A DNA stretch of 64,000 nucleotides from Eledone cirrhosa. Lineage: Eukaryota. The notes beneath the pieces are model-generated. The model saw nothing but the letters and a program-made list of their open reading frames with translations. It had not been told where the DNA came from and made no database searches. The stretch covers positions 496,001-560,000 of the forward strand of contig OZ024761.1 of the NCBI GenBank assembly GCA_964016885.1. Direction: 5' to 3'. The position numbers and the translations under genes were made by a program. Of the stretch, positions 42,041-56,270 are shown piece by piece; position 1 is the first letter of the stretch; every line of letters starts with the position of its first letter.

Positions 42041-43032
42041 GTGATGTAGCTAAAGAGCGGGGAATTAACAGGGTAGTTAGAGCACCGAGCAAATCCTTGC
42101 CAGTATTTGTTCAGTTTTCTTATATTCTGTTGTTTTGCATATGTTCTGAGTTCAAATCCCTAAGGACGACTGTATCATACATCCTTTAGTGATCGATTAA
42201 AGAAACTACCACTCCCATCCCCTATCCCTCAAAGATTTGCTGGACTTCTGCCTTAATATGAAAGAATTGTGATGTTATCTTTGGCGTGGTTTGATACGTA
42301 ACTGTTAAATGACATGCAGTTTTCTTCATGTATATATATATATATTTATTAAAATAACAGATTAAAGTTTAAGCAAATAATCGCTGCTTTCACCCTTAAC
42401 GGGACCTTATGAAACTAACAAAGTCATTCTGTGAACGAAGAAGTGAATATTTCAAAAAACGTTGCAACCGGAGGAAGACAGGAAGACGATACTTTGGTTC
42501 GTGGAAACGTTCTCTGGCAAAGAACGGAAAAAAACGAATATAATACGTGATTATTCGGAGCGGTGAAAAACAGTTACACGCAAAGACAAAACCACGTTTA
42601 TGGTATAAATGAAGTCGTAGACTAATATTCTATTAGGTGGTTCATAGAGACGTTCTCTGGCAATGAACGGAAAAAACGAAGATAATACGTCATATGTGGA
42701 GCAGGGAGAACAATTGCACGCAAAGACAAAACCACGTAAACGGTATAACTGAAGTCGTAGTCTAAAATTCTAACGAGGAAACCGAATGATTCTCGGCGTC
42801 AGAGTTAAGAATAAAGTAAATAAAATACAGAGGTAAATGAAATAAAATAAATATATAAACCCATCCATATACGTACATACACAAGCATACGCGAAAACAC
42901 TCGCCATAGGTATACAAATATACGCACGTACACACAAAAAAAACAAAACAAAAAAAAACGCACACACATACAGAACCCACGCAACGCCTGTACCCGCACG
43001 CATACGAATGTATACACCAAATACACATAAAA

Positions 43033-43161
<129 letters not shown>

Positions 43162-43649
43162 ATACATATAATCAAATAAACGTATATAAATAAATAAATA
43201 CGTATATAACAAGCGCACACACAAACCTACATGTAAATACACTTATGTTCGGAGACGTACGTCAACCAAAATCACGAAGTACGCGTATACACACACCCTA
43301 CATACGTACGAACCCGCATACTCACACAGACGCAAAACTCACGTATACACATAAACAAAAGCATATGTACCAGAAAAAATAATATATACACCATAACATA
43401 TACAATCAAATATACGTACGAGAAAGTATACGTACTTTCACAAAACATACAGGTAATATATACTTACCTATACAAATAAGTAATGGTATAAACATAACAT
43501 ATACTTAGCACCACATCAAGACGTAAAATATCCGCGTATAGTTCGTACTATCCGTTAGGGTACTCGACGTTAACCTCAATTTATCGAATGGCTTAAATTA
43601 CTCGTATAGAAAGCCGAATGATACGCTTAATTACATAAGTAAGCATTCA

Positions 43650-43992
43650 GATATCTTTTATAAATAAATATTGACATACCCGGAAAAAAGACAACCTCAA
43701 CGGTTGAAATTCGCTGGATAGTGGAAATACTTGAGGGTGATACAAATTAGTGAGTGAATATGCAAATGAGTGTCGGAAAAATTGAAAAAAACAACGGTTT
43801 ATTTAAATTAAACTGTTGGAAGAAAATATATGTAATCTTTTTTCCGGGTATGTCAATATTTATTTATAAAACAAATCTGTATTTTATCTGTTGAAAGCGC
43901 ACCATAATTTACCTTGGTCGCCCTTGAAATATATATATAATAAAATAAATATGGTTCTATAAATATAGTATCCATTTATTAATATATTGTGT
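43650..43992 (+). mobile_element. Family J pLTR inside PLE copy 2 (HHR core mutated to CUGUUGA)
   Basis: Matches 61955-62090; inverted repeat 43657-43690 / 43836-43870. Confidence 0.75.
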
Positions 43993-43996
43993 ATTT

Positions 43997-45764
43997 TGGC
44001 AACCTATATCAAGTGGAGCGCAGTACTTACCATCAACTACTACATAATATTGTAACTAAGGATTACCGTAAAACTAATCGGTGCGTCATTAATGAAATCA
44101 ACGATGCTGGGTTTAAAATCACATCTGATCTCAACATCCTGGACCGGACCGAACCTCTGGACCCTATTTCTCCCCCACTTTACCCTGAAGGATCACAAAT
44201 CCAATTTTCCGAATAACCCCTCTATTCGGCTTATTATTCCGACGAAGTCCGATTTAGGTAGACTTAGTAAAAGGAATCTTGATAGAATTATACCTGAAAT
44301 TAGAAGTTTGGCCCCTCTTGCACTGTGGAACAATTCTTTCGCGGTGATTGATTGGTTCAACGGCATATGCAACAAGGAACATTGCCGTTTTATCCAATTC
44401 GACATCAATAATTACTACTCCTCCATCACTTTACCACTTCTCCTTAGAGCTATCAATTTCGCTCAAACACTCACAGTGGTTAAGGATTTCGAAGTTGATG
44501 TCATCCTCAATGCCCGTAAATCGGTGATTAATTTCGACGACTCTATTTGGATTAAAAAATCTAATAGTACTCCATTCGAAGTTAGTATGGGCGCCAGCGA
44601 TTCAGCGGAGGTTACTGATCTTATCGGCCTCTTCCTTCTTTTCTCTATCAAGGACGAATTCCCCAACATGGGCGGTGGTTTGGACCGTGATGATGGTCTT
44701 TTGACCATGACTAAGTGCGGCCCACGTGCTTGCGACAGGTTCAGAAAAGAACTCAGCCTTTTTAAAAGGCTTTACAGGTTGAGGCCAACCTCTCGGTCGT
44801 TAATTACCTCGACGTTACCCTCAATTTATCGAATGACTTGTATTACCCGTATAGAAAGCCGAATGATACGCTTAATTACATAAGTAAGCATTCCAACCAT
44901 CCTGCCAGCATAACCAAGAACCTGGTAAGAAACGTTTCTTTGAGGCTTTCCCGTCTATCTACTAACGAGCATATTTTCAACGACCATTCCACATATTACA
45001 ATGAAGCCCTTGCTCGGAGTGGATTTGTCGATAAGGTAGCATATACAGAGTACGAGAATAGACCTAGAAGAAATAGATCCCGACGCATTATATGGTATAA
45101 CCCACCATATAATATGGAGGTGGCCACGCCATTAGCTAAGATCTTTCTATCCCTGATTACGAAGCATTTTCCCCCTACACATAAATATAGTAAACATTTT
45201 AATAGAAATACTATTAAAATTTCTTACTCTACGACTCCTAAACTTGCACATAACATCACAGCTTCAAATTTAGCTAAACTACCTAGCCGTAGGAACACGT
45301 GCAACCCTGTAGTTAGTACTAACTGTAATTGTAGGAATCGGGTTGATTGCCCCCTATCCGGGAAATGCCTCTCTAGTAACATTGTCTACAAATGTAAGTT
45401 TGAAACACCCACGTCCCGTAGGGCCTACATATGGTTAACCGCCAATAGATTCAGGCAGCGTCTTTACATGCATACCCATTCATTTCGTTACCCTCTAAGA
45501 AGGAATATGACGTCATTTTCAGCTTATATCTGGAGTCTAAAAGACAACCACACCCAATATAAGTTACACTGGGAGATCCTAGCTAGGGCTAGATCGTATA
45601 ACGGAAATAAAAGACCATGTGACCTCTGCGCCGCTGAGGCCCTGGAAATACTCTACGCCACAGACCACATCTTAAACAAAAAATCTGAGGCAATTTCGGC
45701 TTGTAAACATAAATTGCACAAAACGTTCCTGTATTACAGCCCCACATTATACCCTAACGGATAG
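43997..45764 (+). pseudogene. Frameshifted PLE RT-GIY-YIG ORF
   Basis: Split across ORFs 43989-44216, 44092-44883 and 44838-45764; catalytic motif reads DRDD. Confidence 0.9.
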
Positions 45765-46186
45765 TACGATCTATACGCGGATATTTTACGTCTTGATGTG
45801 GTAGCTAAGTATATGTTATGTTTATACCATTACTTATTTGCATAGGTAAGTATATATTACCTGTATGTTTTGTGAAGGTACGTATACTTTCTCGTATGTA
45901 TATTTGATTGTATATGTTATGGCGTATATTTTATATATTCTGGTACATATGCTTTTGGTTATGTGTATACGTGAGTTTTGCGTCTGTGTGAGTATGCGGG
46001 TTCGTACGTATGTAGGGTGTGTGTATACGTCTACTTCGTGATTTGGTTGACGTACGTCTCCGAACATTTGTGTATTTACATGTAGGTATGTGTGTGCGTT
46101 TGTGTGCTCTACGGTTCTTATATATTTGATATATATTTATCCTTATCGAGCCCTCTTTGGATTTTAGTCTTCAAATTTATTATTAT

Positions 46187-46319
<133 letters not shown>

Positions 46320-46389
46320 TATGTTTATGTGTGTGTGTATGTATATATATTCACACATATATATATGTATATATATACATATATATATA

Positions 46390-48454
46390 GAGAACGAACA
46401 AAAAAATCAACAATCTGAAATACTGTCAGCAGCAACACATCAACTTGACTGCCATTTCATCACTAGAGATTAAAAAACATAACCTCCAAAACAACATAAT
46501 GTCCCTCATCAACAATCAGAGAAGAGCTGAAGAGGCCTGGGCCATTGAGAAGATCAAACTCAATCCCAAAGTGTTCTTTTCATTTGCAAAAAAACACAAA
46601 ATCACTGGCTCTACTGTTGGCCCTCTAATTGATGAAAATGGCACTCTTCAAGACAATGCTAAAACCATGGGTGAGATACTGCAGAAACAATACTGCTCTG
46701 TTTTCAGCAATCCTGATATGGCCGATCTGGGCTGTATCGGCGATGTTACTCCCCATTACACCTTATCGGACATAACGTTTGGCGCCCCTGATGTCTTGGC
46801 GGCAATAAAGGAAATCAAGCATAATTCAGCAGTAGGTCCCGATAGGTTCCCTGCTTGTGTCTTGAAGGCGTGTCAACACCAACTTGCTTCTCCTCTTGCC
46901 AATCTGTGGCGGAACTCACTGGATGCTGGATATGTGCCAGAAAACCTTCTATCCCAGTCTGTTGTCCCAGTTTTCAAAAAGGGAAACAAATCCCTTGCCG
47001 TGAATTACCGTCCAATCTCACTCACCTCTCATATCATTAAGGTATTTGAGCGAGTGGTGAGATCGCGAATGACCCACTTCCTTGAGAGTAACAATATGCT
47101 GAACTCCAACCAGCATGGATTCCGTAATGGAAGGGATTGCCTGACGCAACTACTGCATCACTTTGATGACATTTTGAGAGCCTTGGGAGAGGGTTCCAAC
47201 ACTGATGTTATCTACCTTGATTTCAGCAAGGCCTTTGACAGGGTTGATCATAACATTCTACTGAGAAAGCTGTCCAATATTGGTGTCACTGGAAAGCTGC
47301 TGCAGTGGATCAAGAGCTTCCTGTCAAACAGAACCCAACATGTTGTAGTTGAGGGAGTCAAATCAAGCCCAGCCAAAGTCAGTAGTGGAGTTCCACAAGG
47401 CACTGTGTTGGGCCCACTTCTCTTCATCATCTATATTAATGACATCACTGACATCATCAAACACAGCAACATTAAAATTTTCGCTGATGATTCCAAGCTC
47501 CAAAAGGTCATCAATGGCGTGGATGACCGGATAAGCCTTCAGTCAGACCTACTGGCTGTTACCCAATGGGCAGAAAAGAACAACATGTTACTGAACGAAG
47601 ACAAATTCGAACTGATCCACTTTGGAAAAGAGGATGCTCTGAAACTCCCGTACTCCCTTCCCTCCGGGGAAACTCTCGTGGCATCTAACAACATCAGAGA
47701 CTTGGGAGTAACCGTGGACAGCAACATAAGCTGGACCACGCATATAAGCAGCAAAGTTGACATGGCCCGCAGAATGTGTTCCTGGATCCTCAGAACCTTC
47801 CAGTCGAGAGATTCCCACACCATTATCCTTCTCTTCTCTACTTTCGCCCGACCACACCTTGAATACTGTTGTCCACTGTGGTCTCCCCACACGAAACAAA
47901 GTATCATGAAACTTGAAGCTCCTCAAAGGGCAATCACGAAAAAGATAGATGGCATGTCAGACCTTGACTACTGGGGTCGATTGGAAAACCTGAAACTTTA
48001 CTCACTCCAACGTCGCCGTGAGCGTTATATTATCTGCATGATGTGGAAAATGTTCCATCATCACTGCCCAAATGATGTTGGCATCGCCTTCAAGATACAC
48101 CCAAGGCTTGGGCCCCGTGCTATCCGTCCCATTCAAAAATCTAAATCGCAACTCATAACAACAATACGGCACAATTATTTCACCTCAATCGGCCCTGCTC
48201 TCTTCAACATCACACCAGGACACGTCAAAACAGAAACTGACCACACAAAATTCAAGAAGTCTTTGGACAAATTCCTCCAAGTAATCCCGGACAAACCACC
48301 CACACCCGGATATGTCTCCGCAAACAGTAATTCTCTTCTCGAATGGGCCATGGTGCCCAAATCCTGAATTGAAAGACTTCGCCAGGTGGTGCTATTAAGT
48401 TAGACATGGCCTGGGCCAATACTGGCCAAAACATTTCAAAGTTATTCAAAGTTA
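46390..48454 (+). mobile_element. 5'-truncated CR1-group LINE
   Basis: RT ORF, short 3'UTR with hairpins, terminal (ttcaaagtta)2. Confidence 0.9.
46445..48367 (+). CDS. LINE ORF2 reverse transcriptase domain (APE domain missing)
   Basis: NYRPISLTS, QHGFR, YLDFSKAFDRVDH, GVPQGTVLGPLLF, IFADD, RPHLEY, SLQRRR. Confidence 0.92.
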   Translation: MTAISSLEIKKHNLQNNIMSLINNQRRAEEAWAIEKIKLNPKVFFSFAKKHKITGSTVGPLIDENGTLQDNAKTMGEILQKQYCSVFSNPDMADLGCIGDVTPHYTLSDITFGAPDVLAAIKEIKHNSAVGPDRFPACVLKACQHQLASPLANLWRNSLDAGYVPENLLSQSVVPVFKKGNKSLAVNYRPISLTSHIIKVFERVVRSRMTHFLESNNMLNSNQHGFRNGRDCLTQLLHHFDDILRALGEGSNTDVIYLDFSKAFDRVDHNILLRKLSNIGVTGKLLQWIKSFLSNRTQHVVVEGVKSSPAKVSSGVPQGTVLGPLLFIIYINDITDIIKHSNIKIFADDSKLQKVINGVDDRISLQSDLLAVTQWAEKNNMLLNEDKFELIHFGKEDALKLPYSLPSGETLVASNNIRDLGVTVDSNISWTTHISSKVDMARRMCSWILRTFQSRDSHTIILLFSTFARPHLEYCCPLWSPHTKQSIMKLEAPQRAITKKIDGMSDLDYWGRLENLKLYSLQRRRERYIICMMWKMFHHHCPNDVGIAFKIHPRLGPRAIRPIQKSKSQLITTIRHNYFTSIGPALFNITPGHVKTETDHTKFKKSLDKFLQVIPDKPPTPGYVSANSNSLLEWAMVPKS

Positions 48455-48477
48455 TATATATATGCACACATAGATAT

Positions 48478-48530
<53 letters not shown>

Positions 48531-49022
48531 GTCCGACTGTGTGGCTTTCGCAATTCCATTTCATTGAACAGGTTGTTCCACTCTAGTGGCATCTTTTGAG
48601 ACGAGAGATGATTATGTTGTCAAAGATATTTAATGACGTAAACACTTACAATCCCTACGTATTCGTCTTTGTTTCTTTTGTTATCCCAGTTAACCATTTT
48701 TTACGGTGTTTTTCAGTTCACCATTAAAGAGTTTGGGCTTTGTTTGTAAAACGTTTCTACCTAAGTACGGACGTACTTGACTGTCGAGCTTAACAATCCA
48801 GTTTACATGTAGCAATTTACACTCTAACACAAAAATACGAGGACTGGTTGAGCAGAAATATTCGTAGGCTGACCAAGACACTCTCGTGGAATGACCAAAT
48901 AAGGTGTATCTATTCAATATAGTCCCATGAAAGAAACAATACTATTATTAATAAGAAGAGTTGAAATTAGTGCATGCACGATTTCACAGATCTTGCTCCA
49001 ATAGTCACCCTATGAACATATA

Positions 49023-49337
<315 letters not shown>

Positions 49338-49879
49338 CAGGAAAGAAGGTTGACATGGTTTGCTATACAAAAAAGGTTTTTAATCTCATAGCTGACAATT
49401 GTTTCTCTGAACTGGTAGGTCTAGAGATCGCTATTCGCATATTTTCACGTTACTCGATCGCCAATACAAAATTATAACCAGTCAGATCTTCGGAGCATGC
49501 GAGAATGAAGAGAATACACAGGCAAGAAAAGAATATACAGGCTACTATATGAAGTAGTAATGGCATTCAATTAGAACAATAACAACAATTACAACAATGC
49601 TATTAATAAATTATTTGAGGAGACCCTGACATTACTTAGGTGGGGGGGGGGGTATAATGTATCTAACATTACGGCGTGTAAAACTAGCTGTCATGAGGCA
49701 AAAGTAAGAGTTTGGCATGTACAGAGTATCGAAGTGTGTATCAATTTTAAATTATAAAGATAAGCCAGTGTTTACAGTCTTTCTTTTCATCTTCAATAGC
49801 ATACATGAGTGGGACAACACTGTCAAAGCTAAGTAGTTGTTGAGTTAATACAGAGGTTAACGAAGTAATATACGCATAT

Positions 49880-50001
<122 letters not shown>

Positions 50002-50067
50002 GCATATATATATCGTGCACATGTACACTAGGCTCGAATCGAGACATCTGTTCGCCAATGGGCACCT

Positions 50068-50502
50068 ATGTCAAACTGTAACTGTCACCTACCAGATAGG
50101 TGCCCATTGGCGAACAGATGTCTCGATTCGAGCCTAGTGTACATGTGCATGGTCATCTCGGGTAACTCCACCTGGAATTACATAGGATCCACCGCGGGTT
50201 CTTTTAAAAAAAGATGGTATGTGCACAGACACTCAATGAAAAACCGTGCACTTATGGGTTCCACAACCCTCGCCAAAAAAATATGGGAACTGAAGGACAG
50301 CAGCACTAACTACAGTATTAACTGGTCGAAGTTGTCAGCTACTAAAACCTATAGTACAGGGATGTCCCACTGCGGGCTATGTGATCTTGAGCTATTGTAT
50401 ATCCTCAAAAATGTAAAAAGGCTACTTAACAATAAGTTAGAAAGATCTATCTTCTGCAGACATAGAATTGCCACTAAATTCATAAGATTCAAACCTCCGT
50501 GA
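50068..50502 (+). pseudogene. PLE C-terminal linker + GIY-YIG endonuclease fragment
   Basis: CNC-x5-CPLANRC, LVY..YIGST..FKKRW..H, CGLC.LE, LLN. Confidence 0.88.
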
Positions 50503-50820
50503 ATCGAACCAACACAACATAGCTTTAAATTAGGATACCTACTACCCACAGAAATATATTCATTAAGTATACTATATCCTTCACAAGTCTATACCACACA
50601 AATGTCTGTAAGTACCTCATCAACCCACAAACTTATTCCTTCTCAGCTGCTGCCATCATTTGATCCTAAATCCTAGTTTTTCTCAAATCACTACTACAAT
50701 GTAACTTTACCTTCCTTTTGCCATAATTACAATTAGCACGCTTATCTCTTTGCATGTATGTATATTTTTGTACGAGTGTATATTGATGTGTATATATGTG
50801 TCTATGTACACATGCATGTG

Positions 50821-50873
<53 letters not shown>

Positions 50874-51243
50874 ATATGCGTATATTACTTCGTTAACCTC
50901 TGTATTAACTCAACAACTATTTAGCTTTGACAGTGTTGTCCCACTCATGTATGCTATTGAAGATGAAAAGAAAGACTGTAAACACTGGCTTATCTTTATA
51001 ATTTAAAATTGATACACACTTCGATACTCTGTACATGCCAAACTCTTACTTTTGCCTCATGACAGCTAGTTTTACACGCCGTAATGTTAGATACATTATA
51101 CCCCCCACCTAAGTAATGCCAGGGTCTCCTCAAATAATTTATTAATAGCATTGTTGTAATTGTTGTTATTGTTCTAATTGAATGCCATTACTACTTCATA
51201 TAGTAGCCTGTATATTCTTTTCTTGCCTGTGTATTCTCTTCAT

Positions 51244-51364
51244 TCTCGCATGCTCCGAAGATCTGACTGGTTATAATTTTGTATTGGCGATCGAGTAACG
51301 TGAAAATATGCGAATAGCGATCTCTAGACCTACCAGTTCAGAGAAACAATTGTCAGCTATGAGA
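51244..51364 (+). ncRNA. Hammerhead with long stem II (family Y; core CCGAAGA); other copies at 49384-49504 minus and 55311-55431 plus
   Basis: UCUC..GCU CCGAAGA UCUGACUGGU...ACCAGUUCAGA GAA ACAAUUGU C AGC..GAGA. Confidence 0.75.
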
Positions 51365-51583
51365 TTAAAAACCTTTTTTGTATAGCAAACCATGTCAACC
51401 TTCTTTCCTGATTTATTATTACTCCAAGTGTTTACAACATAGGAATTACAGCATACCCGCAGCATCACTATGAAAACGCCTTGTTGAGTCAAACCAAGCC
51501 AAGCGTTAATATCATCCACTACCTGGAATACCATAACTGGACTATACCTAAGTGGACTGCATTTAACTATTATTTGTTACCCC

Positions 51584-51661
<78 letters not shown>

Positions 51662-51663
<2 letters not shown>

Positions 51664-51803
51664 GATATTAATAAATGGAAACTATATTTATAAAACCATA
51701 TTTATTTCATTATACATATTTCAGGGATACCAAATTAAATTATGGCATGCCTTCATCAGACAAAATACAATATATAACAGTTTTACAAATAAGCTTTGAC
51801 GTA
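51662..51803 (-). mobile_element. Family J pLTR fragment with intact HHR core (51703-51767)
   Basis: UAUUUUGU CUGAUGA AGG..GCCA..UGGU..CCU GAA AUAUGUAU A AUGAAAUA. Confidence 0.78.
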
Positions 51804-51870
51804 CCCTACCACAACCACCACCACCACCACCTATACACCATCATACCTTCCAAAACCACCACCTATACTC

Positions 51871-53570
51871 CAACGGGAAATCGAGTGTCTTGCTCAAGGA
51901 CACAGTGGACTGGAGCAACGGGAAATCGAGTGTCTTGCTCAAGGACACAGTGGACTGGAGCAACGGGAAATCGAGTGTCTTGCTCAAGGACACAGTGCAC
52001 TGGAGCCACGTGAAATAATGTGTCTTGCTCAAGGACACAGTGGACTGGAGCCACGTGAAATAAAGTGTCTTGCTCAAGGACACAGTGGACTGGAGCAACG
52101 TGAAATAATGTGTCTTGCTCAAGGACACAGTGGACTGGAGCCACGTGAAATAAAGTGTCTTGCTCAAGGACACAGTGGACTGGAGCAACGTGAAATAATG
52201 TGTCTTGCTCAAGGACACAGTGGACTGGAGCCACGTGAAATAAAGTGTCTTGCTCAAGGACACAGTGGACTGGAGCCACGTGAAATAAAGTGTCTTGCTC
52301 AAGGACACAGTGGACTGGAGCCACGTGAAATAAAGTGTCTTGCTCAAGGACACAATGGACTGGAGCCACGTGAAATAAAGTGTCTTGCTCAAGGACACAG
52401 TGGACTGGAGCAACGGGAAATAAAGTGTCTTGCTCAAGGACACAGTGGACTGGAGCCACGTGAAATAAAGTGTCTTGCTCAAGGACACAGTGGACTGGAG
52501 CCACGTGAAATAAAGTGTCTTGTTCAAGGACACAGTGGACTGGAGCCACGTGAAATAAAGTGTCTTGCTCAAGGACACAGTGGACTGGAGCAACGGGAAA
52601 TAAAGTGTCTTGCTCAAGGACACAGTGGACTGGAGCCACGTGAAATAAAGTGTCTTGCTCAAGGACACAGTGGACTGGACCCACGTGAAATAAAGTGTCT
52701 TGCTCAAGGACACAGTGGACTGGAGCAACGGGAAATAAAGTGTCTTGCTCAAGGACACAGTGGACTGGAGCCACGTGAAATAATGTGTCTTGCTCAAGGA
52801 CACAGTGGACTGGAGCCACGTGAAATAAAGTGTCTTGCTCAAGGACACAGTGGACTGGAGCCACGTGAAATAATGTGTCTTGCTCAAGGACACAGTGGAC
52901 TGGAGCCACGTGAAATAAAGTGTCTTGCTCAAGGACACAGTGGACTGGAGCCACGTGAAATAAAGTGTCTTGCTCAAGGACACAGTGGACTGGAGCCACG
53001 TGAAATAAAGTGTCTTGCTCAAGGACACAATGGACTGGAGCCACGTGAAATAAAGTGTCTTGCTCAAGGACACAGTGGACTGGAGCAACGGGAAATAAAG
53101 TGTCTTGCTCAAGGACACAGTGGACTGGAGCCACGTGAAATAAAGTGTCTTGCTCAAGGACACAGTGGACTGGAGCCACGTGAAATAAAGTGTCTTGTTC
53201 AAGGACACAGTGGACTGGAGCCACGTGAAATAAAGTGTCTTGCTCAAGGACACAGTGGACTGGAGCAACGGGAAATAAAGTGTCTTGCTCAAGGACACAG
53301 TGGACTGGAGCCACGTGAAATAAAGTGTCTTGCTCAAGGACACAGTGGACTGGACCCACGTGAAATAAAGTGTCTTGCTCAAGGACACAGTGGACTGGAG
53401 CAACGGGAAATAAAGTGTCTTGCTCAAGGACACAGTGGACTGGAGCCACGTGAAATAAAGTGTCTTGCTCAAGGACACAGTGGACTGGAGCCACGTGAAA
53501 TAAAGTGTCTTGCTCAAGGACACAGTGGACTGGAGCAACGGGAAATCGAGTGTCTTGCTCAAGGACACAA
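51871..53570. repeat. 45-bp minisatellite, about 38 units, SINE-derived
   Basis: Unit gtggactggagccacgtgaaataaagtgtcttgctcaaggacaca; continues into a SINE head at 53570-53640. Confidence 0.95.
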
Positions 53571-53639
53571 CATATTGCTGGGAATCAAACTCATCACTTT
53601 ACGGTTTTGAGCTGAATTCCCAAACCACAAAGCCACCCG

Positions 53640-54288
53640 CACCACCCCACCATCACTACTATCACCACCTCAACCACAACTGATACCACCACTACCACCA
53701 TTACTACCATCACTACCACCACCAAAACTACCACTCTTACCACCAAAACGACCACTACCATCAACTACCACTACCACCACTGTTACCACCACTATCACCA
53801 CCACTAATACCACCATTACTACCACCAAAACAACCACTACCATCACCACTGCCGCCACCAGTACCACCATCCTACCACCAACACTACCACCCCTACCACT
53901 ACCACCACTACCACCACTACCACCACCACCACCACCACCACCACCACCACTACCACCACCACTACCAACACCTCTACCACCACTATTACCACCACCACTA
54001 TCACCACCAACACCACTACCACCACCACTACCACCACCACTACCACCACCACTACCACCACTAGCACCACCACTACCACCACCACTACCACCACCACTAC
54101 CAACACCTCTACCACCACTATTACCACCACCACTATCACCACCAACACCACCACCACCACCACTACCACCACTACCACCACTAGCACCACCACTACCACC
54201 ACCAACACTACCACCACCACTACCAACTCCTCTACCACCACTATTACCACCACCACTACCACCAACACTACTACTATAACTACCACTT
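53640..54288. repeat. (ACC/ACT)n array
   Basis: Direct inspection. Confidence 0.95.
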
Positions 54289-54571
54289 TATGCTCTGAGA
54301 TCAATAAAGTCAATAAGTTCGTGTGTATATTGGAAGTTGAAGATTTTTGGCTGAATAGTTTATTGATCGGACAGATTGATTGGTATCAATATCGATACTG
54401 CTGGTTGGAGTAGAGGATTAAAGGTGAGGTTGTGGTGTAATGGTGGTGTGTTGTAAGGTGATGTGATGTATGTATATATATACACCTCTACTACATCACA
54501 TCACCTTACAACACACTACCATTACACCACAACCTCACCTTTAATTCTCCACTCCAACCAGCAGTATCGAT

Positions 54572-55147
54572 ATTGATATATATACAATATGTATAGATAT
54601 TTCGTATCTCCAAAGAAATACAGTTTTAAGAAGCCGTAGCTATGCAAACACCGGGGGGCTAACGCCCTCTGGTGATGTCCACCAGAAGCAAGGGGGACAA
54701 CCGTCTATGCATTTCAGGCTTACCTGGCCTTCGATTGATATATATACAATATGTATAAATATTTCGTATCTCCAAAGAAATACAGTTTTAAGAAGCCGTA
54801 GCTATGCAAACACCGGGGACTAACGCCCTCTGGTGATGTCCACCAGAAGCAAGGGGGACAACCGTCTATGCATTTCAGGCTTACCTGGCCTTCGATTGAT
54901 ATATATACAATATGTATAAATATTTCGTATCTCCAAAGAAATACAGTTTTAAGAAGCCGTAGCTATGCAAACACCGGGGGCTAACGCCCTCTGGTGATGT
55001 CCACCAGAAGCATGGGCGACAACCGTCTATGCATTTCATGCTTAACTGGCCTTCGTCAGGACGGTCCCTCCCACAGCTTGCCTGAAATGCATAGACGGTT
55101 GTCCCCCTTACTTCTGCTGGACATCACCAGAGGGCGTTAGCCCCCCC
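54572..55147 (-). mobile_element. Family Z HHR element: three 161-162 bp tandem units + short inverted piece
   Basis: Units start at 54572, 54734 and 54895; 55081-55147 is inverted. Confidence 0.85.
55022..55065 (-). ncRNA. Type I minimal hammerhead ribozyme (family Z)
   Basis: ACCGUC CUGACGA AGGC-CAGUUAA-GCAU GAA AUGCAU A GACGGU (stem II 3' strand is GCCU in the other units). Confidence 0.88.
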
Positions 55148-55149
55148 GA

Positions 55150-55651
55150 AATCTTAGATACACTATACCCCCCACCTAAGTAATGTCAGGGTCTCCTCAA
55201 ATAATTTATTAATAGCATTGTTGTAATTGTTGTTATTGTTCTAACTGAATGCAATTACTACTTCATATAGTAGCCTGTATATTCTTTTCTTGCCTGTGTA
55301 TTCTCTTCATTCTCGCATGCTCCGAAGAACTGACTGGTTATAATTTTGTATTGGCGATCGAGTAACGTGAAAATAAGCGAATAGCGATCTCTAGACCTAC
55401 CAGTTCAGAGAAACAATTGTCAGCTATGAGATTAAAAACCTTTTTTGTATAGCAAACCATGTCAACCTTCTTTCCTGATTTATTATTACTCCAAGTGTTT
55501 ACAACATAGGAATTACAGCATACCCGCAGCATCACTATGAAAACGCCTTGTTGAGTCAAACCAAGCCAAGCGTCGATATCATCCACTACCTGGAATACCA
55601 TAACTGGACTATACCTAAGTGGACTGCATTTAACTATTATTTGTTACCCCG
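55150..55651 (+). mobile_element. Solo pLTR + tail of family Y
   Basis: Near-identical to 51087-51584. Confidence 0.9.
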
Positions 55652-55888
55652 TATATAAAATATATATATATATAATAATAAAAATACCGTCACATAAGAA
55701 AAATAATAATAAACATTTTTATTTTTATTATTTTATTATTATTTTATTATTATTTTATTATTATTTTATTATTATTTTATTATAAAAAAATAAACATTTT
55801 TATTTTAAAAATATTTTTGTTTTTATATATACAATATTTATATATATATAATATTTATGTTTTTTCTTATATATATATATATAATTAT

Positions 55889-55920
<32 letters not shown>

Positions 55921-55952
55921 TTGCATACGTATGTGTATGTTTATGTGTGTGT

Positions 55953-55990
<38 letters not shown>

Positions 55991-56211
55991 ACGTATATAT
56001 GTGTTTGTGTATATGTATATATGTGTATATGTATATGTATATATGTGTGCGTGTATATATATATATATATATATTAGAGTTAAACAAAAGTTAAACATGA
56101 ATAGATCTAAGAATGAGTTTTACACACATACATATGTGTGTGTTTGTATTTGTATGTATGTGTTTGTGATATGTATGTATATGTATGTGTATGTATGTAT
56201 GGATATGTATG

Positions 56212-56270
<59 letters not shown>

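Noticed and set aside
48530-49015. Unique island between (TA)n tracts
   Set aside because: No TIR, HHR core or coding motif recognised
51796-53610. 604-aa repeat ORF, or a CRISPR-like array
   Set aside because: SINE-derived tandem repeat with no unique spacers and no cas genes; eukaryotic context
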